A stretch of DNA of 64,000 nucleotides from Candidatus Falkowbacteria bacterium (lineage in GTDB: Bacteria > Patescibacteriota > Patescibacteriia > Patescibacteriales > GWE2-39-37), in the NCBI GenBank assembly GCA_013336275.1, contig JAAXUA010000001.1, positions 206,167-270,166 of the forward strand, given 5' to 3'. Position 1 is the stretch's first letter. The number at the start of each line of letters is the position of its first letter. The notes below the pieces were generated by a model. It made no database searches. It was not told the DNA's origin and saw only the letters and a list, made by a program, of their open reading frames with translations. Below are positions 54,120 to 61,544 of this stretch, in pieces. Made by a program: the position numbers and the translations under genes.

Positions 54120-54624
54120 ATTGCCTGTCTTGGAGGCAAACAATGGAGCAGATTGAGGTGGTATGCAGTTTTTTCTCCTTGTTGATTATTCGGTAATGGA
54201 GCTGGCCGGTGTGGATGATAGATTTGCAGACTTCGCATCTGCCGGAGGTGCCATTGTCTATGACGGTGGCGTAGTTGATCACTCTGCGCTTCAGCTTATC
54301 TCCTTTCCTTGGAGAAAGTACTTCGATACTCGCTCGGCTGACAACGGTGATTCCGGGCAGGACATCGATCTTCGGCGCTTGTTCGGGATTAGAATCCCGC
54401 TTCTTGATAATTTCTTTCTGTCTCGCCTCGAAACATTTGAGCGAGCAAAATCCGCCCGTCTGGCATTGTCGGAACGTCTTGTCCCATGGTTTATAAATTT
54501 CTCCTCCTTCAGGGATGATTCCGCGGCATTTGGTGCACTTTTTTCCTGATTTTTTGTTTTCAAAAATCCGGCAATACACGATTTCTTTTCCGATCTTAAT
54601 CTGGCGGATATTTATTTTAGGCAT
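54118..54624 (-). CDS. hypothetical protein with two C-x2-C...C-x3-C (TRASH/MYM-like) zinc modules
   Basis: 168 aa. CTKC...CSLKC and CEVC...CSIVC. Strong SD cacAAGGAGGcaggtATG and its own promoter. Confidence 0.6.
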   Translation of the reverse strand: MPKINIRQIKIGKEIVYCRIFENKKSGKKCTKCRGIIPEGGEIYKPWDKTFRQCQTGGFCSLKCFEARQKEIIKKRDSNPEQAPKIDVLPGITVVSRASIEVLSPRKGDKLKRRVINYATVIDNGTSGRCEVCKSIIHTGQLHYRIINKEKKLHTTSICSIVCLQDRQ

Positions 54625-54665
54625 ACCTGCCTCCTTGTGAATGAGCGTTTTGATAAATACCTAAA

Positions 54666-54694
54666 CATATACCATATTTTAGCTATTTTGTCAA
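54666..54694 (-). promoter_or_regulatory. minus-strand promoter TTGACA-17-TGgTATATG
   Basis: Reverse complement reads cTTGACAaaatagctaaaatatggTATATGt. Implies a leader of about 40 nt ending in the SD. Confidence 0.6.
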
Positions 54695-54933
54695 GTCTCT
54701 TTGACTTTAGGCCTAAAATAGCCTAAAATAATAGGACTAACCTAATTATTTTTGACTAAAGTAACACCCTCAAGCGGAGCGGATCTGCTTGGAACTTTTT
54801 GTGATTAAGATGGAAATCCTACTGCAAATCATCGACTTGCCAGCGCTTTCGACCATGGGCGGATACCTGGCAATGGTAATAGTCTCCGCCTTCATGATAT
54901 TCGTGACTAACAAACTAATCTTCTGGGAATAAA

Positions 54934-55386
54934 ATGAAAATAACCATCTGCGGCAGCATCGCCTTTTTTGAAGAGATGGAACGTGCCAAGGAGGTCCTAG
55001 AGGCTCTCGGCCACGAAGTCGATCTGCCGCCGTCGAAGCTTCATGACGATCAAGGCAATATCATCTCGGTCCAGGATTATTATGCCTTGCGCAAAAGCGA
55101 GCTGCCGGCCGACTGGGTCTGGGACCGCAAGAAATGGGCGATGAAGACCCACTTCAACAAAGTCGACTGGTCCGACGTCATTCTGGTCTTGAATCACGAG
55201 AAGAACGGCATACCTGGCTACGTTGGCGCCAACACCTTGATGGAGATGGGTCTGGCGCTGCACCTGGATAAGCCGATCCTGCTTCTGCACCAGTTACCGG
55301 AAATATCCTACAAAGAAGAGTTGCTCGGCATGAAGCCGATCATCCTTGACGGGGACTTGAACAACATCGCTCAATTAAGCTTTTAA
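54934..55386 (+). CDS. nucleoside 2-deoxyribosyltransferase-like protein
   Basis: MKITICGSIAFFEEM... and GANTLMEMGLAL (conserved Glu context) resemble the small NDT-like family. Confidence 0.55.
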   Translation: MKITICGSIAFFEEMERAKEVLEALGHEVDLPPSKLHDDQGNIISVQDYYALRKSELPADWVWDRKKWAMKTHFNKVDWSDVILVLNHEKNGIPGYVGANTLMEMGLALHLDKPILLLHQLPEISYKEELLGMKPIILDGDLNNIAQLSF

Positions 55387-55394
55387 ACATACCC

Positions 55395-56672
55395 ATGCTA
55401 GATATCAAATTCGTCCGCGAAAATGCGGAACTGATCAAGGCCAACACCAAAAACCGGCTAGTCGACATCGACATCGATGCTTTGCTGGCCACCGACCAAG
55501 AACGCCGCGGCACCGAAGGCAAGATCGACCAGCTGCGTGCCGAACGCAACCGCGTCTCCAAGGCCAAGCCGACGCCAGACATCATCCTGCAGATGAAAGC
55601 GGTCGGCGAAGACATCGCCACTTTCGAAAAGGAGCTGGCAACACTTGAGGCCAAACAGCGCGAGATGCTGCTCAAGGTGCCTAACCTGACCCACCCCCAA
55701 GTCGTCGTCAGCAGCAACGAGAACGACAACCCGGTCGTCTCGGTCTTCAAGGAGCCGACCAAATTCTCCTTCGAGCCGAAAGATCACGTCGAGCTCGCCA
55801 CCAAGCTTGACCTGATCGATTTCGATCGCGCTACCAAAGTCACCGGCGCCAAATTCTATTATCTTAAGAACGAACTGGCCTTGCTTGAATTCGCTTTGAT
55901 CCAATACACCTTGCAGATCCTGACCAAGAGCGGCTTCACTCCGGTCATTACCCCGGACCTGGCCAAGAGGGAGGTCCTGGAGGGCCTGGGCTTCAACCCG
56001 CGCGGCGAATCGACCCAGATTTACAATATCGAGAATACTGACCTGAGCCTGATCGGCACGGCCGAGATTACCATGGGCGGCTACCACAAAGACGAGCTGT
56101 TCGAAGCAGCTGAGCTGCCGAAGAAGTATGTAGCCGTTTCCCACTGCTTCCGCACCGAGGCGGGGAGCTATTCCAAATTCTCCAAAGGCGTTTTCCGCGT
56201 ACACCAATTCACCAAGATCGAGATGTTCGTCTACACCACCCCTGAACAAAGCGAAAAGATCCACCAAGAGCTTCTGAAAGTCGAGGAAAAGATCTTCAAA
56301 GGTCTAGACGTCCCGTTCCGCGTGGTCGACCATTGCACGGCCGATCTTGGCGGCCCTTCTTACCGCACCTACGACCTTGAGGCCTGGATGCCAGGCAAGC
56401 CGAACCAGGCTGGTGTCAACGGCGATTGGGCGGAAATCACTTCCACTTCCAATTGCACCGATTACCAGGCGCGCGGCTTGAATATCAAATACAAGACCGC
56501 TGACGGCGCCAAGCAATACGTGCACATGCTCAACGGCACCGCCATCGCCATTACCCGGGCCATGATCGCCATCATGGAAAACTATCAGCAGGCGGACGGC
56601 TCTATCATCATTCCTAAAGTCTTGCAAAAATATCTGCCCGGCCGCATCAAGGCCATCACGCCTAAAGCCTAA
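55395..56672 (+). CDS. serS: seryl-tRNA synthetase
   Basis: MLDIKFVRENAELI..., a coiled-coil arm, and class II motifs FRTEAGS, GTAIAITRAMIAIMENYQ. Confidence 0.95.
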   Translation: MLDIKFVRENAELIKANTKNRLVDIDIDALLATDQERRGTEGKIDQLRAERNRVSKAKPTPDIILQMKAVGEDIATFEKELATLEAKQREMLLKVPNLTHPQVVVSSNENDNPVVSVFKEPTKFSFEPKDHVELATKLDLIDFDRATKVTGAKFYYLKNELALLEFALIQYTLQILTKSGFTPVITPDLAKREVLEGLGFNPRGESTQIYNIENTDLSLIGTAEITMGGYHKDELFEAAELPKKYVAVSHCFRTEAGSYSKFSKGVFRVHQFTKIEMFVYTTPEQSEKIHQELLKVEEKIFKGLDVPFRVVDHCTADLGGPSYRTYDLEAWMPGKPNQAGVNGDWAEITSTSNCTDYQARGLNIKYKTADGAKQYVHMLNGTAIAITRAMIAIMENYQQADGSIIIPKVLQKYLPGRIKAITPKA

Positions 56673-56684
56673 ACGCTTACGCCA

Positions 56685-57545
56685 ATGAGGAGGGAAAAGC
56701 GACTAAAAAAGATCGACTACAGCCGGAAGCAATACCGGAATCCTTTTTTTTCCCAAAAGCACGCCCAGGCAAAGCACCAATCCCAGGATAAGTGGCTCCT
56801 GCTCAAGGCCTTCGGCATAGCCATGGTCGTCGTCTCTATCATTTGCGGCACCTTCTGGGCCGTCTGCTACAGCCCTTGGTTCGATATAGTCAACCTATCC
56901 GTCGCCGTGCCGAAAAAAATCAGCCAGCAAGAAGTCGAAAATCTAGTCTGGGGCCAAGTGAACGGCAACCGCTGGCTGGTCATCCCTGAACGCAACATGA
57001 TCTTTACCGACACGCAGGCGCTTGAGGCTTCGCTTAGGCAACGTTATGTCTTGGGCGGATTGGCCATCAAGAAGGATTGGCCGCACGGGCTATCGGTAGA
57101 GCTGATAGAAAAGGCTTATCACGTTGCCTGGCAAGAGAACGGCAAGAAATACCTGGTCAACAAGGATGATTTCACTGCCATCGAAACCACTGACCAGGAA
57201 ATCGCCGAAAAGAAATTGCCGCTGATAAATAACGTCGGCCAGCCGAAGATAAATGACGGCCAACTAGCGGAGGGGCGGAATTCTCTGACCGCGGTGATGT
57301 CTGCCGATGACAAACTGGCAAAAAAGCCTAACCGCTTAGGAATCAAGAATTTTGAAATCAGCAACGACTTCGCCTCCGGCTTCATCGGCATCACGGCTGG
57401 ACCGAAAATAATTTTCAACGCCAGGGAAGACTTGGATCGCCAAGTGAACAAGTTCGAATCCCTGATGACGCAGGAACAGAAAACCGAGCTGGCGCAAAAA
57501 AAATACATCGATCTGCGCTTCGGCGACAAATTATTTTATCAATAA
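56685..57545 (+). CDS. FtsQ/DivIB-like cell-division protein (TM + POTRA-like)
   Basis: 286 aa, one TM, then FDIVNLSVAV..ISQQEVENLV, a POTRA-like start. Weak assignment. Confidence 0.45.
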   Translation: MRREKRLKKIDYSRKQYRNPFFSQKHAQAKHQSQDKWLLLKAFGIAMVVVSIICGTFWAVCYSPWFDIVNLSVAVPKKISQQEVENLVWGQVNGNRWLVIPERNMIFTDTQALEASLRQRYVLGGLAIKKDWPHGLSVELIEKAYHVAWQENGKKYLVNKDDFTAIETTDQEIAEKKLPLINNVGQPKINDGQLAEGRNSLTAVMSADDKLAKKPNRLGIKNFEISNDFASGFIGITAGPKIIFNAREDLDRQVNKFESLMTQEQKTELAQKKYIDLRFGDKLFYQ

Positions 57546-57554
57546 AATACCACC

Positions 57555-57797
57555 ATGCCCAAGGAGACGACTAGCCGCAGGACGGTTCGCCGGCCCACAG
57601 TGCCGCAACCACCCGTGCAAAGCCTAAAAACAAGCAGTTGGAAGCTTAAGCGCCTAAGCCAGCTCATGGCCGGCGACCCTTCGATTTGGGGTGTCGCCTG
57701 GGCCTTGTTATGGCGTATTATGGTCTTATTGCTCGCCTTTCGTACCATTATCGTCATTATCAAATCAATATTGTATTATTTAGCTAATATTAGCTAA
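57555..57797 (+). CDS. hypothetical small membrane protein (80 aa)
   Basis: Basic/Pro-rich N-terminus and one C-terminal TM. Lies 9 nt after the upstream gene. Confidence 0.4.
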   Translation: MPKETTSRRTVRRPTVPQPPVQSLKTSSWKLKRLSQLMAGDPSIWGVAWALLWRIMVLLLAFRTIIVIIKSILYYLANIS

Positions 57798-57864
57798 ATA
57801 ATTATTGTAACATTCGCGGGCTTGAAATGTAATATTTAGTATAATAAGTAACTAAAGACACCCT

Positions 57865-59139
57865 ATGAAAAAGACAGCAATTGCCAGTTTCGCGTTGCTC
57901 GCGTTCCTGGTTGCTGGCAACGTCCAAGCGGTCAATTACACCGCCCAAGACGTAGCCACTCACAACACAGCAGCCGACTGCTGGACCACCGTAAACGGCA
58001 AGGTTTACAATTTGACGACCTACATCGCATCCTCATCCCATCCAGGAGGGAATTCAGCGATCACCGGTCTTTGCGGTATCGACAGCACGGCCCAATTCAC
58101 GGCTAAGCACGGTTCGTCCGCTGCAGCCAATGCAGCCTTGGCCAACCTCTTTCTCGGAGACATCTATGTAGCTCCAGTCGTCGACACTACAAAGCCTTCG
58201 ACTCCGACCGGTCTTTCGGCCATCGTGACCACCAGCAGCGTAGCACTGAATTGGAACGCTGCCAGTGATAACGTCGCTGTCACCGGATATAACGTAATGC
58301 GCGGCACTTCAACCATCGCCACTACCACTCAGAGGAATTATACTGATTCCGGACTGGCAGCGAGCACCAGCTACATCTATGCCGTTTCGGCATTCGACGC
58401 TGCGGGGAATACCTCTTCCAGCTCGGCAGCTCTCACCATCAACACTGCCCAGCCGACCCCGGCCAGCACATCGACTGCTACTTCGACCCCGAAGAAGCGC
58501 TTCAAGTTCAAGGGCAACGTCGATAATTTCGCCAAAGTCATCAACATCCGCTCTAATGAGCTGGTCAAGATCTATATTTTCGGCGATGCGACACTTGATC
58601 CGACCCAGATCGACATGAAGACCGTCAAACTGGCTGGCGCATCTGCTGTCCAGTTGGTCCTGCGCGACCTGAACCGCGATAAAAAGATCGATGCTATCGC
58701 ATCCTTCCGCGCCAAGCAGATGACCGAATTCAACAACGCCACATCGAGCGTAACGACTGCCAAGCTCGTTTTCAACACCAAAGATGGCAAGGCCTATGAG
58801 CAAATCATCAAGGTCCGTGTCAAATACTGGAAGACCGAGAAGCAGCGCAAAGAAGAGAAGCGCATGGAAGAGCTTAAGAAGAAAATAGAGAAGCAGAAAG
58901 AACAGCTCAAGAAAGAGGCCGAAAAGAAAAGGGAAGCACTGAAGCAAGCTGCAGAGAAGAAGAAAGCAGCATTAAAGAAAGAAATGGAAAAGAAGCAGGA
59001 GGCCTTGAAGAAAGAGGCCGAAAAGAAAAGGGAAGCACTGAAGCAAGCTGCAGAGAAGAAGGCCCAGCAGATCAAAGGCTGGGAGGACAAAAGTTACGAG
59101 CAACTGAAAAAGCTCGAAGACAGGACTTCGAAAAAGTAA
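57865..59139 (+). CDS. secreted cytochrome b5-like heme-binding domain + fibronectin-III domain + Lys/Glu-rich coiled-coil protein
   Basis: Signal peptide. YTAQDVATHNTAADCWTTVNGKVYNLTTYIASSSHPGG...FTAKHG is the b5 fold with both His ligands. FN3: PTGLSAIVTTSSVALNWNAASDNVAVTGYNV. KE-rich tail. Confidence 0.8.
   Translation: MKKTAIASFALLAFLVAGNVQAVNYTAQDVATHNTAADCWTTVNGKVYNLTTYIASSSHPGGNSAITGLCGIDSTAQFTAKHGSSAAANAALANLFLGDIYVAPVVDTTKPSTPTGLSAIVTTSSVALNWNAASDNVAVTGYNVMRGTSTIATTTQRNYTDSGLAASTSYIYAVSAFDAAGNTSSSSAALTINTAQPTPASTSTATSTPKKRFKFKGNVDNFAKVINIRSNELVKIYIFGDATLDPTQIDMKTVKLAGASAVQLVLRDLNRDKKIDAIASFRAKQMTEFNNATSSVTTAKLVFNTKDGKAYEQIIKVRVKYWKTEKQRKEEKRMEELKKKIEKQKEQLKKEAEKKREALKQAAEKKKAALKKEMEKKQEALKKEAEKKREALKQAAEKKAQQIKGWEDKSYEQLKKLEDRTSKK
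58909..59061 (+). repeat. perfect 54-nt direct repeat at a 99-nt period inside the KE-rich tail
   Basis: aagaaagaggccgaaaagaaaagggaagcactgaagcaagctgcagagaagaag occurs at 58909-58962 and 59008-59061. Confidence 0.9.
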
Positions 59140-59151
59140 CCACTTTTCAAT

Positions 59152-59184
59152 AAAAAAACCGCGCTGACAAAGCGCGGTTTTTTT
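59152..59184. terminator. rho-independent terminator (bidirectional shape)
   Basis: aaaaaaaccgcgct-gacaa-agcgcggttttttt. Confidence 0.88.
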
Positions 59185-59646
59185 ATTGAAACTGCGACTT
59201 CCCTGTGCTAAAATTAATAAAAGAGCAGGGCAATGGGGCCTCGGTCCCGATATTTATAAAGAGCCAGGGAAGTACTAGTTCCCTCCTAATCCTCAAAAAA
59301 ATGGAAGCGGCATTCAAGTTCCTATTCGCCTTCGGCATATTCATCTTCTGTTTGGTAGTTATCGGCTTCTTTATCTTGTTGATAAAATTCCTGCTGCTGT
59401 TTACCGACCACATCCAGATCATGGGCGTGATAATGACCAGCAGCTAGTATTCGGACACGAACTCTTGATAATAACGATGGCACTTATCCTGTGAACAGGC
59501 CGTCAAGCACAAACTGTCAAAACCCACACGGACAAGGTGTGGTGTTATATCATACACCCTTCATTTCGATTAATCTACATTACGCGAAGTGACATATGGG
59601 TGGTATAACTATACCCAAGGTTAGCTAAAAAATATCGCCCTACCCC

Positions 59647-60612
59647 ATGAGCAAGTCCCAAAAACCTATAATCGACTACCTCTACGACTTCCTCGACTAC
59701 CTCGAGATAGAAAAAGGTCTGGCCTCTGAGTCGCAAAAAAATTATTCACGATTCTTGAAGAAATTTTTCGACTGGCTGGAAGACACTGACTTGGCCGAAC
59801 TCAAGCCAGGCCAGCTGACTGCGGATCATGTCTGGAAGTACCGGCTCTACCTCTCTCGTCACCAAAGCGAACGGAGCAGGGCGAACTTGAAGAAGAGCAC
59901 ACAGAACTACTACCTCATCGCCCTACGCAACCTATTGGCTTACTTCGTGGAAAAGGACATCACTTCCCTGCCGCCTGATAAAATAAAACTGGCCAAAGAG
60001 AAATCGGACAAACAGGTGACCTTTTTAAAAATCGACCAGATCGAAAAGTTGCTCCTAGCTCCGGACACGACCTCGGTCAGCGGCCTCCGTGATCGGGCCA
60101 TCCTTGAGACTCTTTTCTCGACCGGACTGCGGGTGGCCGAGCTGACCCGCCTTGACCGCGACCAGCTGAAAATCAAGCCGGGGAGCAACACCTTTTTAGA
60201 AATCAGCATTACAGGCAAAGGCAGCAAGGTCCGCACCGTCTATTTCTCTGAACGGACAGTGCAGTGGCTAGCCAAATATCTGGCCAAGCGCTCGGACATC
60301 GACCCTGCCCTGTTCATCAACTTCACCACGGCCCAGCAGAAGAGCGAGTCGCGCCGCCTGACCGTCCGCTCGATCGAAAACATCGTCAAGAAATATATCA
60401 AGATTTCCGGACTGCCGATAATGTCCAGCCCGCATACTCTCCGCCACTCATACGCTACTGACCTTTTATCCCAAGGCGTCGACCTGAGGCTGGTCCAAGA
60501 GTTCCTTGGCCACGCCAATATCGCCACTACCCAGATCTATACCCACGTGACCAACAAGCAGCTCCGCGACGTGCACCAGAAATTCCACTCTGGCAAGAAT
60601 CTCAAGAACTAG
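59647..60612 (+). CDS. XerC/XerD-family tyrosine site-specific recombinase
   Basis: 321 aa. SAM-like N-domain. RDRAILETLFSTGLRVAEL, HTLRHSYATDLL, LGHANIATTQIYTHV (R-H-R-Y catalytic set). Confidence 0.9.
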   Translation: MSKSQKPIIDYLYDFLDYLEIEKGLASESQKNYSRFLKKFFDWLEDTDLAELKPGQLTADHVWKYRLYLSRHQSERSRANLKKSTQNYYLIALRNLLAYFVEKDITSLPPDKIKLAKEKSDKQVTFLKIDQIEKLLLAPDTTSVSGLRDRAILETLFSTGLRVAELTRLDRDQLKIKPGSNTFLEISITGKGSKVRTVYFSERTVQWLAKYLAKRSDIDPALFINFTTAQQKSESRRLTVRSIENIVKKYIKISGLPIMSSPHTLRHSYATDLLSQGVDLRLVQEFLGHANIATTQIYTHVTNKQLRDVHQKFHSGKNLKN

Positions 60613-60630
60613 CCCTTCCCTGCTATAACA

Positions 60631-60665
60631 AAAAAGGCCCGGCATTGCTGTCGGGCTTTTCGTTT
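60631..60665. terminator. bidirectional terminator between convergent genes
   Basis: aaaaa-ggcccggca-ttgc-tgtcgggc-tttt (8-bp stem with one G.U). Confidence 0.7.
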
Positions 60666-60680
60666 GCGAGATGTGCTTGT

Positions 60681-61355
60681 TCAGATGGACGTTGCGGCCA
60701 GCTGGTTGCGGTTCTGGCGCCTTTTGCCATAGATGGCCAAGGAGGCTAAACCGATTCCCAAAAGGACGCTGGTGGCGGGTTCGGGCACAGGCGCCGACTG
60801 GTCGGTCGGGACGGTCCACTCCCCCCGCAGTTCGGCAAAATCCTCTGCCCGGTAATCGACCATGTCGCTGGCGTACATATTCGGAATGGGTCCGAAGCTG
60901 TTTTCGTGGATGCTTGAGTACATTTGCCACGATCCGTTGTAGTAGTTGGTCTGGAACGTCAGCAGATTGATCTGCCCTTGCGGCGGAGCGTCGATGCTGG
61001 GGGTGTTGTAGAAAAACCAGAAAATGCTGATCCCCAAGGGGCTGCCTTCATAAGTCCTTCCGTCGAAAACGGAATCCCAGACGAGATAATTATCGCTGGA
61101 CCCCCAGGCGCGAACATAGTTTTGGTTCGGCCTATCCCCATGCCAACCCGGATTCAGAATGTTGCCGATTCCGTCGAAGTTGATGCCATTCTCTGGCGAT
61201 GCTGTTGAAAACCGTTGACCAGAGAGGATGAAGCCTTCGACGAAGTTGAAGGGCTCGACCGATACCTGGGCGAATGTTTGCGTCCAGGGCAAAGCGAATG
61301 CGGTGCCGGTGGACAGGATGGCCAAAACGATTACGGATACCAGGATCTTTCTCAT
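60681..61355 (-). CDS. secreted PEP-CTERM sorting-domain protein
   Basis: Signal peptide MRKILVSVIVLAILSTGTAFA. The C-terminus VPEPATSVLLGIGLASLAIYGKRRQ has the PEP motif, a TM helix and a basic cluster. Strong SD cacAAGGAGGaaacaaacaATG. Confidence 0.8.
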   Translation of the reverse strand: MRKILVSVIVLAILSTGTAFALPWTQTFAQVSVEPFNFVEGFILSGQRFSTASPENGINFDGIGNILNPGWHGDRPNQNYVRAWGSSDNYLVWDSVFDGRTYEGSPLGISIFWFFYNTPSIDAPPQGQINLLTFQTNYYNGSWQMYSSIHENSFGPIPNMYASDMVDYRAEDFAELRGEWTVPTDQSAPVPEPATSVLLGIGLASLAIYGKRRQNRNQLAATSI

Positions 61356-61464
61356 TGTTTGTTTCCTCCTTGTGCTGGGTTGACTGCGGATAAGTGTCGT
61401 GCTTCTGAACGATGTTTAAGGTGCTGCCTCAGTGAGGATTTCTTTGGAATTTCCAAATGTCGTT

Positions 61465-61493
61465 ATATTAACACTTATTAACTTTTTTGTCAA
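61465..61493 (-). promoter_or_regulatory. minus-strand promoter TTGACA-17-TAATAT with a structured leader of about 105 nt
   Basis: Reverse complement reads ccaTTGACAaaaaagttaataagtgtTAATATaacg. The leader contains the hairpins tttggaa/ttccaaa and cctca-c-tgagg. Confidence 0.6.
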
Positions 61494-61504
61494 TGGGTAC
61501 AGAG

Positions 61505-61536
61505 CAACAAAAAACAGGCCCAACAGGGCCTGTTTT
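61505..61536. terminator. terminator downstream of the M23 peptidase gene (bidirectional shape)
   Basis: aaaacaggcc-caacag-ggcctgtttt with flanking A- and T-runs. Confidence 0.75.
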
Positions 61537-61544
61537 AACTAATT

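Noticed and set aside
55458-56267. Other long antisense or overlapping ORFs: 55458-56267 opposite serS, 53648-54238 opposite greA, 29070-29648, 29981-30640, 11078-11671, 17402-18043, 58309-58947, 40754-41224, 5650-6144 and 49741-50190.
   Set aside because: Each lies inside a confidently identified gene on the opposite strand or in another frame. Each lacks start-site signals and has shadow-ORF composition.
59205-59447. An 80-aa ORF, or its 48-aa hydrophobic C-terminal part starting at ATG 59301, in the 500-bp spacer before xer.
   Set aside because: It has no SD and no leaderless-type -10 box at either start. The N-terminal part overlaps terminator-proximal sequence. A small membrane peptide is possible but unsupported.
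59590-59646. Imperfect palindrome gggtggtataactataccc just upstream of the Xer recombinase gene, considered as an adjacent dif-like site (as in XerS/XerH systems).
   Set aside because: It lacks the 11-6-11 architecture. It is better explained as another TGgTATAAc extended -10 promoter element for the xer gene.
59647-61355. Xer recombinase plus the adjacent PEP-CTERM gene, considered as an integrative mobile island.
   Set aside because: I found no flanking direct repeats or att-like duplications. The recombinase has the full housekeeping XerC/D-type architecture. The two genes are convergent with separate signals.
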